Assembly (NCBI GenBank): GCA_010093605.1
Contig: MU004193.1
Location: 248,001-312,000, forward strand
DNA length: 64,000 nt
Source of the DNA: Lophium mytilinum
Taxonomy: Eukaryota
Direction of reading: 5' to 3'
This document shows, in pieces, positions 13,086-24,188 of the stretch. Under the pieces are notes generated by a model that saw only the letters and a list, made by a program, of their open reading frames with translations, was not told where the DNA came from and made no database searches. The first letter of the stretch is position 1. Each line of letters begins with the position of its first letter. A program made the translations under genes and the position numbers.

Positions 13086-14291
13086 ATGTCTGAACAGAAT
13101 GCACAACATCCGTCCACACAAACTGAAGGCTCTCCCTTAACACCAGATGAACTGAGAGTGCTCGCGGAGCTCCTACGAAGAGCGGTTGCACATGGCCAGG
13201 ACCCCAGGCTGGAGGGAGATGTTGGGAATTTCGATGGTCCGCCCGACCTGCCTCTAACGGATTCCCGGGCAGGACGTTCGCGCTCGCCAGTGGAGGACCC
13301 TGGAGCGCCGGACAATGGCAACGCTGTGTACAAGCCGCAAGAAGATGGAGCTGATGGATCGGAAACCAGGGCGGCGTCGATACCGGAAGCGTCTGCTGAG
13401 TTGGATGCGGATGATGTGCCGCACATCGCAGAAGAGGCGTTCGGGACCCAAGAAATTGGAGCTTCGGGACAAGCCCAACACGGTCATGACATAGAGGATA
13501 CGTCGTTCATCAATGTGTCGCCGGAAGAAACACCCGTTGCTAGAGATGTGGACGAGGCGTCGCCGTCAGCCAATACTCAAGCGGCAGTTACTGGAAACCA
13601 GGGAGTGGCGGACGAAGAGGATCATGTTCACGACAGCGAGGTGGATGACCTTCACGATAGCGAGGAGGATGATCTTTACGATAGCGAGGAGGATGTCCAA
13701 TCGACTACAAGTGCGGCGTGGGACGATGCAACGGAAGAACGCGCCACAGACGATTCAGAAAACATCGATGCGGTACCGTCGCCAACACCGCCAGTGGCCG
13801 AGTATTTTAGACTCATCAGGCTAGGAATGGGCGAGGAAGAGGCGAAAGATGAGGTGATAAAACATCAACTGATAGACGTCTCCGCGGCGGAACAAGAGGA
13901 CTTGAAAGAAGCGCTAAGATACTCTTTGGACGAGGCTATAGGTACAGAGATCAGAAGATATCATGCAGCGCAGTTGGATGTGAAGAATCAGAGGGAAGGA
14001 GGAGGAAGCAACGGTGAGGGAACATCGTCAGGGTTCGATGGAGATAGTGCAGGGTTTGAAAGTACAGTGGGTGCGGAAGAGCCTGTCAGAAGGAGTGGAG
14101 ATGTGAGTCTGGAGGCAAATGAGGTGAACGAAGACAACGGGGATGGAGAGCAAGGCGAGGCTCGAACCTCGGAGAATAGGAGAGATGGAGGAACGGATGA
14201 GATTTCCTCTGAGATTGATGTACCAGGGGACGCCGCAGACGAAGTTGAAAGGGAGATGGCGGCGATGGCGGCGATGGATTTAAAGAAGTGA
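13086..14291 (+). CDS. Acidic disordered protein (trio member 2) with a UIM-like motif
   Basis: ~400-codon D/E-rich ORF. EQEDLKEALRYSLDE (13890-13934) fits the ubiquitin-interacting motif consensus. Confidence 0.8.
   Translation: MSEQNAQHPSTQTEGSPLTPDELRVLAELLRRAVAHGQDPRLEGDVGNFDGPPDLPLTDSRAGRSRSPVEDPGAPDNGNAVYKPQEDGADGSETRAASIPEASAELDADDVPHIAEEAFGTQEIGASGQAQHGHDIEDTSFINVSPEETPVARDVDEASPSANTQAAVTGNQGVADEEDHVHDSEVDDLHDSEEDDLYDSEEDVQSTTSAAWDDATEERATDDSENIDAVPSPTPPVAEYFRLIRLGMGEEEAKDEVIKHQLIDVSAAEQEDLKEALRYSLDEAIGTEIRRYHAAQLDVKNQREGGGSNGEGTSSGFDGDSAGFESTVGAEEPVRRSGDVSLEANEVNEDNGDGEQGEARTSENRRDGGTDEISSEIDVPGDAADEVEREMAAMAAMDLKK
13629..13695 (+). repeat. Coding 24-bp tandem repeat, ~3 copies (HDSEVDDL/HDSEEDDL/YDSEED)
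   Basis: Directly visible: cacgacagcgaggtggatgacctt cacgatagcgaggaggatgatctt tacgatagcgaggaggatg. Confidence 0.85.
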
Positions 14292-14731
14292 GCTGCAATA
14301 CCCTGAAAAACTCTAGCTAGGTAAAGAGTTCTTTGTTGGGAGATAGGGTAGTCAAGCTCAGAGATAACGGATGTACTGCCAATCTATGTACACGCTGCTG
14401 ACACTAGTTGAGAAAGTCTCGCGACTTTACTGGGTGTCTGGAATGCGGAAATGTTCCCCTGCTCAGAATGCTGAAAATGCTATGGCACTCATAAGCTCAT
14501 GTAGTGGTAAATAAGTGTATACCAGAGAAATCAGGCGATATCACGTGCGATTGACGGTCTGTGCAGGACGCATGGACGTTTTTGGGAGATATTGACGATG
14601 AAGGACGGCCCCACACAACGACGGCTTGTCCACATTATCAGTTTTCTTGCCTACATCTTCTTCATGTAAGCTCTTCACCTCTCACCTTGTAATCCATTGT
14701 CTCTTGATCGCCTTCGCTCGCCTCCTCCAGA

Positions 14732-16324
14732 ATGGTAGGACTCGATTCACCACCACCGCAAGACGAGGGCGCGTCTGATCCGCACGAGCAGCCCACAGGC
14801 CGTATGTCCTGACCAACCTCACTACGCTCAAATCCCGTCACTCTCCAACCCAACCCCTCACTGACACCATTAGACGCCATCGCTTGCGCAGAGTTCGCAG
14901 GAACCGCTACTCACCATCAACCCGAGATGGGCGCCATCATGTCCTTTGTCCAGCGTCCGACAGAGACCGCAGTCGAGAATCGTGGTGAAGGTCGTTCTGG
15001 TGAGGCCCAACAAGACGCCTACGCTGTGTTCTCCCCCCAGGGCCCAGTGAAGCGACAGACTTGGCGTGAGAGCTTATGGTGGCAACCAGCCCAGGCCGAG
15101 CCCAAAGATGTCGAAGCCGCACTCCCAACACAGGATGATACTGTTCTCCCGGCACAGAACAGTTCTGCCCAGTCGGCCCTGCCTGGAAACGTCACTCAAG
15201 CTAAAGACCCGTACTGGTATGAATTCAGGCAGCCTTCCGCATCCGAGAGTCCCTCTGAGCAAGGAACCGTTCCTGACCTTGAGGACATGGATCACGATGC
15301 TCAGGGCATGCCGTTCAAGTCACAGGTCAGCGTGACTCTATATCAGGATGATAAAGAGAACCCGGAGCCCCCACCCACTGTGGAAGATGCTGGAGCCACA
15401 TCCGCGATCGCCCCGACCCATCCCAATCACCGCCATCCGTTCGAGCAATCTGGCGAGCTGACAGACCTCCCCGAAAACGAAAACGTCGATCCGTACGACT
15501 ATTACGAGGTCGTAAGTACACTACTACCAGCTACTAGAGAGAAGACCTCAAACTGACTATCTTGCACGCAGGCTGTTGGCCCTGCGGGCGGAAGAATGGC
15601 ATCCTGGGATGCACTAGGATCTGACACGCGTTTCGTGAAGGTCCCAAAGGATCCGATGTTCGATGCACAAATAGAGGCGATGATTTCAGACACGGGAGTC
15701 TCGTGGCTCGAGGCCGTTGAAACACTGCTTTCCTTCCGGGGAAAGTCTATGATGATCAGACGGTTTGGAGAACAGGACGGGTCTGGACCGATGGACCCCA
15801 AGTGGGAGGCATATCAGTTCCTGCAGCCGGATGGAAGCAAGTGGGAGGGTCTTCCCCGCCCCATCCCCGTCGACGCCGAGGGCAAGCCCATTCCGCCTGA
15901 AACGAAACTCAAACTACGGCCTCGGGTGGCGACGAAACTCGAGCATCTACATCCTGTGATCCAGGTGCAGGTCACGGAACTTATGGAACAATGCGACCTC
16001 TCTTTTCTAGAGGCGCTGGAGATCGTGGTTGGCGATGCTGCAAAGAGCGAGGAGCAACTTGAGCAAGCAGAGGTAGACCGCAAGCAGCACGAGATCCGCG
16101 AAGCCCATGACATCGATGCACTGGTAAAGGAATACGCAAAAGAAGACGACGAGTGGATGTATGATGAATCGGATGATGGATTCGATACTGCCGTTGAGGA
16201 CCCTGAGTCCAACATGGACGGGGAAACCGAGGGTGGTGAAGGCGATGATGAGAAGGACGGCGAAACCAAGTCAGATTCTCTCAACTCGAGCTCGGATCAT
16301 GAGGAAGGCGGAGTCGCCTTGTAG
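14732..16324 (+). CDS. Acidic disordered protein (trio member 3) with two UBA-like helical motifs; 3 exons
   Basis: ATG 14732, intron 14802-14873 (GTATGT..CTGAC..TAG) and intron 15512-15571 (GTAAGT..CTGAC..CAG) join ORFs 14927-15556 and 15596-16324 in frame. Confidence 0.8.
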
Positions 16325-16889
16325 GGATACTCGGCAGGAGGGATCGCTAGTCAGTGGTATACCTGCTTGACCAGACTTGACCTGAGTTGTTATCTGTATT
16401 CTGTGGTATTCAGCGCAATCATGGCGCAGTGTTTTGCGAAACCTGGATTAGATTCTATGCTGGGGAGTACTACTCCATAGCATGACGTTTCCCTTGCAGT
16501 TCAGAAATTGAAAAGTCTCTGAGGAGCTTTACACTTAGTCTCACGCCGCGTCCATTTAAGGCTTGAACCATCCGGATCCACGTTGCCCTTCGCGTGACGC
16601 TTACATAGGTATAGTCTCAAGGAAGTATACTGATGTTAAAGACAACGCACTAAAGCTCTCTGAATTCTGTTTGTGAGGGCTTCGCAAAGTGTGAGGTTAT
16701 ATTGATTGCTCGGGTGATGTTGGGGCCCAAGCTCGAATGTCTCCGACCTCCCCGAAACCACTGTTGAGCCAGTCCAAAGCCAATTAGCTGAAGCCCACCT
16801 CCCTCCAGAGCTCGGAATCAATCAATCAGAGGATGCGATTGGGTTGATCTTGGACCTCAAGAAGTACCGTGCATGGTGGCACGTCCCTA

Positions 16890-17848
16890 CTATTGGCCCG
16901 AGATCAACCGGAGGGTGGAATTGAATTGATTGATTCCGAGCTGAGGCTCCCTCTGCGTTATCATCACCCATCTTCCATCACTTCTCCAGTTATTTCTCCA
17001 GGTATAGGCCAGAACATCCGTTTCCACCTTTCGACCACGCTCCTCGAAGCCCTTCTTGACCCAAGCCCTCAGTTCGTCAAGCACACCGCGACAAACGTCT
17101 GAACGGAGATCACGATAGCAGTACCTGCAACTAGAGGTAGACACCAAGTTGACCTCCCGCAGCTTCTCATTATGGGAGAGCGCTTCCATATGATACCACT
17201 CCAAGAACTGAGCAAGCGAGAGCTGTCTACGGTGCACCTCTGCCGCTCCCTCAGACCGTAGCTGAGTACACTGCAGATACCGGACCTTCCCCCCAGGATT
17301 AACACTTGGCTCCCTGTGCGGCGCCATTTTTAACCGGACGGTGACCAAATTGAGGCACTTTTCCATGAACTCCAAGTCCAGACTGACGTCAAGACGAGCG
17401 AGAGGGATGGAGAAGAACGGGGAATCCCCCGAGTAATTCACGATGCGCTGGCCAGGCTTAATTCCAATCCACCACCCGTCGATGCGCAGATGCTTGACGA
17501 GCTTGAGTCCTCCCCATCGCTCAAGGCTCTTCTCTAATCCTTCGGCGTCGCCTCGCTTGTCGATGGTGAAAGCATGGGCGGAGAGGAAGTACGGCATGGC
17601 CTCCAGGCGGATCTGCTGGTTGACGCGGCATACGGCGGCGGTAGTTTTGGGATGTTTGGCGATGTCGAGCTCGGAGGAGGCACCGGTCCAGACGAAACTA
17701 TAGATGTGGTCGCGGAGATCGCGGGGGAGCGCGAGGAGGGGGGTTGAGGACTGGGAATGGACTTAGTAGTGAGGAGTTGAGGAGAGTGAGAAACGAACTT
17801 CTTCCTCTTACTCCATGATGCTAGAGCTGGGCTGGTTGGGTGGCTCAT
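16890..17848 (-). CDS. F-box/2EXR-like protein, paralog 1
   Basis: The frame upstream of ORF 16890-17597 reads PLLALPRDLRDHIYSFVW..AVCRVNQQIRLEAMPYF, the family motif. First exon and donor site are uncertain. Confidence 0.75.
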
Positions 17849-18232
17849 GCGATGCCATGTGGAGTGGTTTGATGGGGCGTTGCGTGAAGTGAGTGTACGG
17901 CTGACATATGGAGGTTTGTTGTTGAGAGATTGAAAGTAATGCGTGAGCTTATGTAATCAGGGCAGTGTCGTTCAAAAGTTCACTCAGGGATCATCATCTT
18001 TGCGAGGAAGCAAGGGGTCTCTCGTCTGGATTGCAATTGTTTTCGACAACGCCCGCCTCAACGCAGACTAGATACGTAGTACCTTAAGCAGTGTGCTTCG
18101 GGAGGCCGCTGCGTATCTGGCTTCCTACCGTGAGAATAAAACTACGTAGACAGCAGTAGAGCACCAAAACACAACCCACACTATCTCGCCCAGAGGTAGG
18201 CATCATGCCCGTCGACTGTATTCCGCTATTCG

Positions 18233-19071
18233 CTAGCCCCACGTAGTGCCCTGGGCTATTTTCCACCACCAAATCTCTTTTAAAGATTCCGCATTGGACC
18301 AGTCTTTACCCACGAAGACCTTTTGATTGCGCTCTTCGAAGCCCTTCCGAACCCAGTCCAGCAGTGCCTCAAACGTTGGATGCCGAAACTGGAGATTCCG
18401 CCCGTCACTCAAGGTGAAGTGCTCCAGCTTATTGCATTCAAACAGCCCTTCCAAGTGGTGCCTCGCGGCGAACTGCTCTATAGGAAGCCCATGCAGTACA
18501 TTGCCTTCAACGATATCATTGAAGATCTGCAAATCAATGCTTTTGAGGTTGCGGCACTTCTTCATGAATTCGATATCTTCGTTCATTCCACTCGCATGTT
18601 TCCAGCCGTTGACATCGTCCCCGTTGGCAGATTCAAGACGGCGAACGCTGGTAACACCAGCGTTACCTGGATACCAGCCAGCCACTACTCCGCTGCTTTC
18701 CGGCATTCAGATGTCAGTGAAACTAGTGTTTTGTTTCGGATCAAGTAGGGCATTGTCTCTTGCCGCAGTTGGCGGTTTGTACGACACAGTGGAGGCGTGG
18801 CAACGGGAGCAATGTAAGCGGGTCGTAGATATAGGTAATTGAAAATCATCTTCTTATCTTCTTCGCAGAAGGCACAGTCGTATATCATGTCCCTTAGCTC
18901 GCGTGGGAGGGCTATCAGTGGGAACTAAAGAACAGCTGTTAGCGAGCTGACGTATTGAAGGAGGGGCCGGCTTTATCTCACTGCTGTACTAGACTTCTTG
19001 CACGACTAGATGCCATCTTCGATGATTGCATTCTCAGGCGGCGGTGCAGTGTAGGTCTTCGTGGGCGCCAT
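18233..19071 (-). pseudogene. F-box/2EXR-like paralog 2, pseudogene
   Basis: ATG 19071, phase-0 intron 18981-18925, FPLIALPRELRDMIY..PLCRTNRQLRQETMPY. In-frame TAG at 19008-19006 and 18687-18685, plus a frameshift near 18670 into ORF 18233-18706. Confidence 0.8.
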
Positions 19072-20404
19072 GGTCGTGGACTCTGGAGTTTTAATAGGGG
19101 TTGGGATTGCTTTTAGAGGACACGTTTGGAGGTGTGGTGTGCAGGTGTGGTGTATACTGCAGAGAAGCGTCAGGCGTCGGGTTTCGAATGAATCTTATGA
19201 AGGAAGAGGAACGATCTCGGCGCTATGCAACTAAGACAACGCCAATCCTGCCCGCAATAAGCCGATGGTCATTAGCGGCAAGGTAATTAGGCTGTGTTGA
19301 ATTCATACATAACAAGGCATTCAAAGGCTTCAAGCTAGAACACGCAGTGAATAATATAGGTTTCGGTGGCATAAGCATAGATACCGGCTGCAGCTAGCTA
19401 TGATTGTACTAGATGAGGTAGTTCAAGATGTTCTTGAGATTTCAGATTCAAGGCAGACTTCTAGCTAACGCACTCGAAGTGAACCTTGATCCTTCCACGT
19501 GCTCTCTTTACCGCTGCTCAAGGCAGATCTACACATGACATGGACGTTGCAAGACAGCCTAAGACATTGTCCACGGTTATTTCATGCATGAGCGCAGAGT
19601 TACCGTGCCGCAGAAGATTAGCAAGGTCACCCCTGGGAGATGATCGCAGACATAGGGTATATCTGTGAAACCCGTGATTTACCTAAGCAAGTACTCCTCT
19701 CTCAGACCTCTCATAATCCCTCTGCATTCCATCAGCATTAAAGACCCGTACTCAGATCTGTCAAGAAGTTTCATGACCCCGGTCGATCTGCCCAAGAACA
19801 TCATACCAATTTCATAGCTTCTTAGCGAAGCGCCGGAGCCAGGTTGTGGGACCATAGATGTAGCAGTCTTCATACCACAACACGAGATCAGCCGAAACCT
19901 TTCTGCCCCGCTTCTCAAATCCATCTCTGATCCATTCTCTTAAGGCTTTTGGTGTTTCCTTGTCGACGTCGCAATACTGCATGGGCATTTCGATATGCTC
20001 AAGCTTTTTGCATTTGAAAATCTCTTCTAGACGGTACTCCTCAATAAGCTCTTCCATCGTTGGACCCTGGGACCAATCAAGGCTTGAGACCAGAAAACCG
20101 AAATCGAGGCCGAGACAGACGTATGTAAGTCCTGAGCATCTCTTCATCAGCTCAATAACCTCATTGTGCCCGTTTGCGTTCATCCAGCGATCGTCGTGCG
20201 TATGGATGCTGTCAAAATGAAGACGACGAACGTCTTTCAAGCCAACTTCTGAGGGTATCGCATCGAGACAATCTTCCAGGCCCTTCATATCTTCCACTGC
20301 TCTGATCATGACAACATTGTCTCGGACGAGACATGCAAGGGTTTCTTCCCGCAGTTGACGGTTGGTATGGCAAAGCGCTGGGATCAAAGATTCCCCAGGA
20401 AGAA

Positions 20405-20545
20405 TGTCAGGGAGTAGCGGTGAGGGCTACGGCAGGCACGTGTATATAGCCTCACCTTCCTCCAGACCTCTTCTCTCCAACAACATTAATCATCATTCAT
20501 CTAATACATCACGTACAACGTCTACTTCTCTCCTGTTACGTGACA
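20405..20545 (+). repeat. 5' LTR of the TRIM
   Basis: Identical to 21202-21342 except for two CpA-to-TpA differences. Confidence 0.95.
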
Positions 20546-20636
20546 GTTGGTAGCTGAGCCGGTTCTTTCCATCTCTTTCTTATTACTCCTCGGAGTTGTT
20601 ACCTACCCTTACCACCCTTACCGAGAGCAGCTCCTT

Positions 20637-20970
20637 TATAGTGCAAGCTACGAGCCAATCCTAACGGACATTATTCCCGTACAGTGCAAGCCAAGAGCTA
20701 ATCCTAATGGACGATAAGAACGATCTCTATACAGTGCACGCCATGGCTAATCCTAACGGACGAACCTATAGACATCCCGCTGTATAGTGCACGCTACCTA
20801 CAAGCCAATCCTAACGGGACTGGGACCACACGCTGTACGCCAATTCTAACAGGACTTCATGAAACCTGTACAGTGCAAGCTACGAGCCACCATCCCGCCG
20901 TCGAGCAGCAGCGCTAGTTTTATCTGAGCCCTCCGTACAGTGCATAGCCACGAGCCAATCCTAGCAGGAC
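20637..20970 (+). repeat. Array of ~7 imperfect ~33-bp repeats (TACAGTGCAAGCYACGAGCCAATCCTAACGGAC) separated by unique spacers
   Basis: Units start at about 20637, 20680, 20730, 20783, 20836 (partial), 20869 (partial) and 20936. Confidence 0.85.
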
Positions 20971-20987
20971 GTCTGCCTTATTTGGTT

Positions 20988-21071
20988 GGTCGATCGGTAA
21001 CGAACAACTCCTACATCACCAACACCTTCGGTCGATTGGTAACGAACAACTCCTACATCACCAATACCTCC
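20988..21071 (+). repeat. 42-bp tandem duplication inside the TRIM
   Basis: ggtcgatcggtaacgaacaactcctacatcaccaacaccttc followed by ggtcgattggtaacgaacaactcctacatcaccaatacctcc. Confidence 0.9.
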
Positions 21072-21201
21072 CACAGCGAATTCCTCTATTACCATTCCAC
21101 CAGCACACCATGTACGCCTTGTCCAGCTTGTACAGCGCTTTCACTGCTTTTGTTTTGATGGGCAGCAGACGGGGACGCCTGCTATTCTTTGGGGCGGCAA
21201 C

Positions 21202-21342
21202 TGTCAGGGAGTAGCGGTGAGGGCTACGGCAGGCACGTGTATATAGCCTCACCTTCCTCCAGACCTCTTCTCTCCAACAACATCAATCATCATTCATCCA
21301 ATACATCACGTACAACGTCTACTTCTCTCCTGTTACGTGACA
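21202..21342 (+). repeat. 3' LTR of the TRIM
   Basis: Direct repeat of 20405-20545. Confidence 0.95.
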
Positions 21343-22379
21343 AAGAATGTCGTCCTTCATCTCTGGTGATGAGTAATAGTCCCAATGCCACTCGTCAGGA
21401 AGAGCATAGCTATATATCTTATCCCGGAGTTCACGAGGAAGTGCAAGCAGTGGAAACTATTGTTACATCATTTTGTTAGCTAGATCATACACTGGTGTGG
21501 CTTTTGGTTATGTTTACCTTGTATTCAAGATGTTGCTGAAGTTCGACGCCGTATGTTGTATATTCATTGCCTGTCTTCAAGACAGTGGCCCATGACGGTA
21601 GGGTCTTGAGCGGCATCCTGGCACCTAGTGAGGGAGGTAGTGGGTAGTGGGTGCCAACGGAAGGATGTGGGTCTAAAGAAGCTTAAGGGATGTGGAAGCT
21701 GGATGGTTTATATATTACAGTGAGCTGACGTAGTCGGGAAATTGGTACTCTATGTAATTTAGACACGAGAAACTTTAGGCAACAGCGTAGCCTAACGTGC
21801 GAGCTAGCTAGCGTATTATATCCGTATAATTCACTGTTAAATATTTCTGGAATATCCGGCCAACACTACTCTTCCTCTGTAGCTACTCTGCTAAATGCCG
21901 GCCTTAGCGTCTAATTTTAGGTGGAAGACGAGCTAATATATAGGAATGCACCCAAGTTTGCTACCGCATTAATTACTATAAGTGATTGCCATCATCCAAC
22001 ATATTCCACCGTAGTGCACACCCCTTCATTGATTTTCTTAGCGTATATCTATGACTGAGGCTAAGTCATTGATTCTTGCAAATCCACTGCGCCGCCACTA
22101 CTTTTAGTGCTCTTATACATTTTTAGAGATTTGAAGTGTTGCAAAGCCCAGTCAAAGACCTAGTTTCCTTCATTTGGCTCTGCAAGCTTACTAGTTGGCT
22201 CACTTGGAAGTTCTCACCATCTAGAGAACGCACTAGCCACCTTTTAGCAACGGCAAACAAACGTACACAAATCAGTACCGTGTCATTGTAAGACCCTTTG
22301 CTCTCTTTTAGACCAGATGCTGCACTAGTTTCCTAGGAAGTCGGTCACTCGCCGCTCGGACTGCTACCTAAATCCTCAC

Positions 22380-22720
22380 ATGGTGAGTCATCCCACGCCA
22401 AATCCATCACACCGACACTCATCCCATACCCCTGAGATCCTTTCTGAATCCACTTGGCCACTCCATCCAAGTGGATCCAGTAAGATGACTCGATCGTAAT
22501 TTTTTCGAGCCTTGAGCATCTGATATTTCTTCCGGATGGAAATTCCGGATGAGATTCTTCAAATTATCCGCGATCATTGAGAAGGAGGAATGGGTCCCTC
22601 CTTTGAAACGTAGTATTCGTCGGTATTGAGGTTCTTTTGTAAGGGGTGATGGATCTCTACCATTCGGATGTCTGGGCATTAACTTATCACCTCGATGCCT
22701 TCTTTCATGTTGTTGTTATT
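22380..22720 (-). pseudogene. Decayed C-terminal fragment of F-box/2EXR-like paralog 4
   Basis: Across a frameshift it reads LIRNFHPEEI/RCSRLEKITIE..VAKWIQKGSQGYGMSV, matching the family C-terminus (YRLEEIFKCKKLEHI..LREWIRDGFEKRGRKV). Boundaries approximate. Confidence 0.55.
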
Positions 22721-23192
22721 GCTCCAGCGTTTTGTAGAGTCGCTGATGCACTCGAAGTTCAACAGTGGCTAGTATCACCCTGTATTAGCTTCGATACTAC
22801 TTGAGGTACCTCAACTTGAAACTGAAGACGAAGTGGGTTGTCGAGTTTCAAGCTGGTCAGATTAGACTCCCTCTTGACTGAGTAGCTGCTCAGCAGCCAG
22901 ACTACCACCTACAGTGGTGTCGAGTGAGCAACATTTGAACTAGGCAGTGATGATCTGAGTGACTAGACTCATGGTTAAGCAGTAGAGCAGAATCACTGGC
23001 CTAGAAAAAGGAGCTGACCTCTTCACCGCAATGGAACACCACTGATGCGAAGTTCGTTCATACTATCCATTCACCGCGGCTCCAATTGACGACAATCATA
23101 GTATATCTATTCAGCTGTTGAGCCTTCCTCCAAAGGCCTCGCGTGTCTTATAGCCAACCTCTGCCACCCCCAACCCCAAGTTTCAACCAAAC

Positions 23193-24188
23193 ATGTCGGC
23201 GAGCGCACCTTTTCCCAAGAGCCCATCACCCGTTGGCTCATTTCGTAGGCAATCCCTCAATCTTCTCAACTTCGCACAGCACGCGCCGCAGAGGGCAAAA
23301 AACAATGTAGACTGGATAAATCCTGCTGGACCCGCGAATAAGATCCGCACACCATTCCCACTCTTTCAATCTACGGTCAAGAGCAGGAACTCAAAAGCCG
23401 AGGAGGTGGGAGACAAGGAACATCGTCTAGAAGATCTTTCATCCAGCAATTATCTTCAGTTCGCAATCCTGGCTCTTCCTCGTGAGCTGCGAGACCATAT
23501 CTACAGTTTCGTGTGGCCCACTGAAACGCCGGAGGAGATCTTCCTTTCACTCACCCACCCTCCGATCACCCCATCTCTGTGCCGCACTAGCCAGCAACTC
23601 CGTATGGAGACGTTGCCATACTTCATCCAAGAACAAGTGTTCAATGTTCGGGCGTCGGCGGATTTGAAGGACTTCCGGGAGTGGCTCGACGGATCATCCA
23701 ACAAGTGGAACTTCAACGCGTATAGCGCCATCCGTCACCTTCGATTCATCGAATGGAGTGGCCGGGGAAGCTGGTTGGAAGGCGGCAATGATGGGGCCAA
23801 CTTCCTTAAGCGATGTCCGAACATCAGAACTCTGGAGATCAATGTGCCACAGGATGTCAACGCTGATGAAGCCCCTGATACCGGTTTCAGTTACTCTGCC
23901 GCCTGGGATGTGGTGCGATACTTCCACAATATTGGCGAACTTATGGAGTATCTCCATTTTGGTACAGTATTCCAGTGCGAGAAGCTTGAGAAGCTCACAA
24001 TTACCGCTACAAGAGCCGACTACATGAGAGTCGCGGCGGGTATTAAGTTCCAGTTCTGGTTTCTGAAAGGCTTTCACAAGCTCGGGAGGAATGTCAATGT
24101 CAACAGACGAGTCATCACGGGCGATTCATATCCGTCTACTGCCCGCATTACTTACTTAGGGGTCAAGACCAACTACTCACAATACTGA
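23193..24188 (+). CDS. F-box/2EXR-like protein, paralog 5
   Basis: 331-aa ORF with FAILALPRELRDHIYSFVW..PSLCRTSQQLRMETLPYF..RCPNIRTLEI..QCEKLEKLTI..WFLKGF. Confidence 0.85.
   Translation: MSASAPFPKSPSPVGSFRRQSLNLLNFAQHAPQRAKNNVDWINPAGPANKIRTPFPLFQSTVKSRNSKAEEVGDKEHRLEDLSSSNYLQFAILALPRELRDHIYSFVWPTETPEEIFLSLTHPPITPSLCRTSQQLRMETLPYFIQEQVFNVRASADLKDFREWLDGSSNKWNFNAYSAIRHLRFIEWSGRGSWLEGGNDGANFLKRCPNIRTLEINVPQDVNADEAPDTGFSYSAAWDVVRYFHNIGELMEYLHFGTVFQCEKLEKLTITATRADYMRVAAGIKFQFWFLKGFHKLGRNVNVNRRVITGDSYPSTARITYLGVKTNYSQY

Larger units (their letters stand above)
20405..21342 (+). mobile_element. Non-autonomous miniature LTR retrotransposon (TRIM-like), 938 bp
   Basis: Two 141-bp direct repeats with TGTCA..TGACA ends; 5-bp TSD AAGAA (20400-20404, 21343-21347); PBS-like TGGTAGCTGAGCC at 20548; weak G-rich tract before the right LTR; no gag/pol coding sequence. 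Confidence 0.93.
19812..21616 (-). pseudogene. F-box/2EXR-like paralog 3, disrupted by an LTR (TRIM) insertion
   Basis: ATG 21616, phase-0 intron 21517-21457, FPLLALPRELRDKIYSYALP..KDDIL|PGESLIPALCHTNRQLREETL. Removing 20405-21342 and one TSD copy restores an open frame to the stop at 19812. Confidence 0.88.

Noticed and set aside
20637..20970. CRISPR array
   Set aside because: Eukaryotic context, no cas genes, degenerate repeats, and spacers that are short and uneven in length. Kept only as an unexplained repeat/spacer array.
20362..21479. Twin ORFs sharing SGSSGEGYGRHVYIAS
   Set aside because: They are translations of the two LTR copies, not genes.
21770..22330. Moderately TpA-rich stretch, possibly a transposon or gene relic
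   Set aside because: No termini, TSD or identifiable protein motif.
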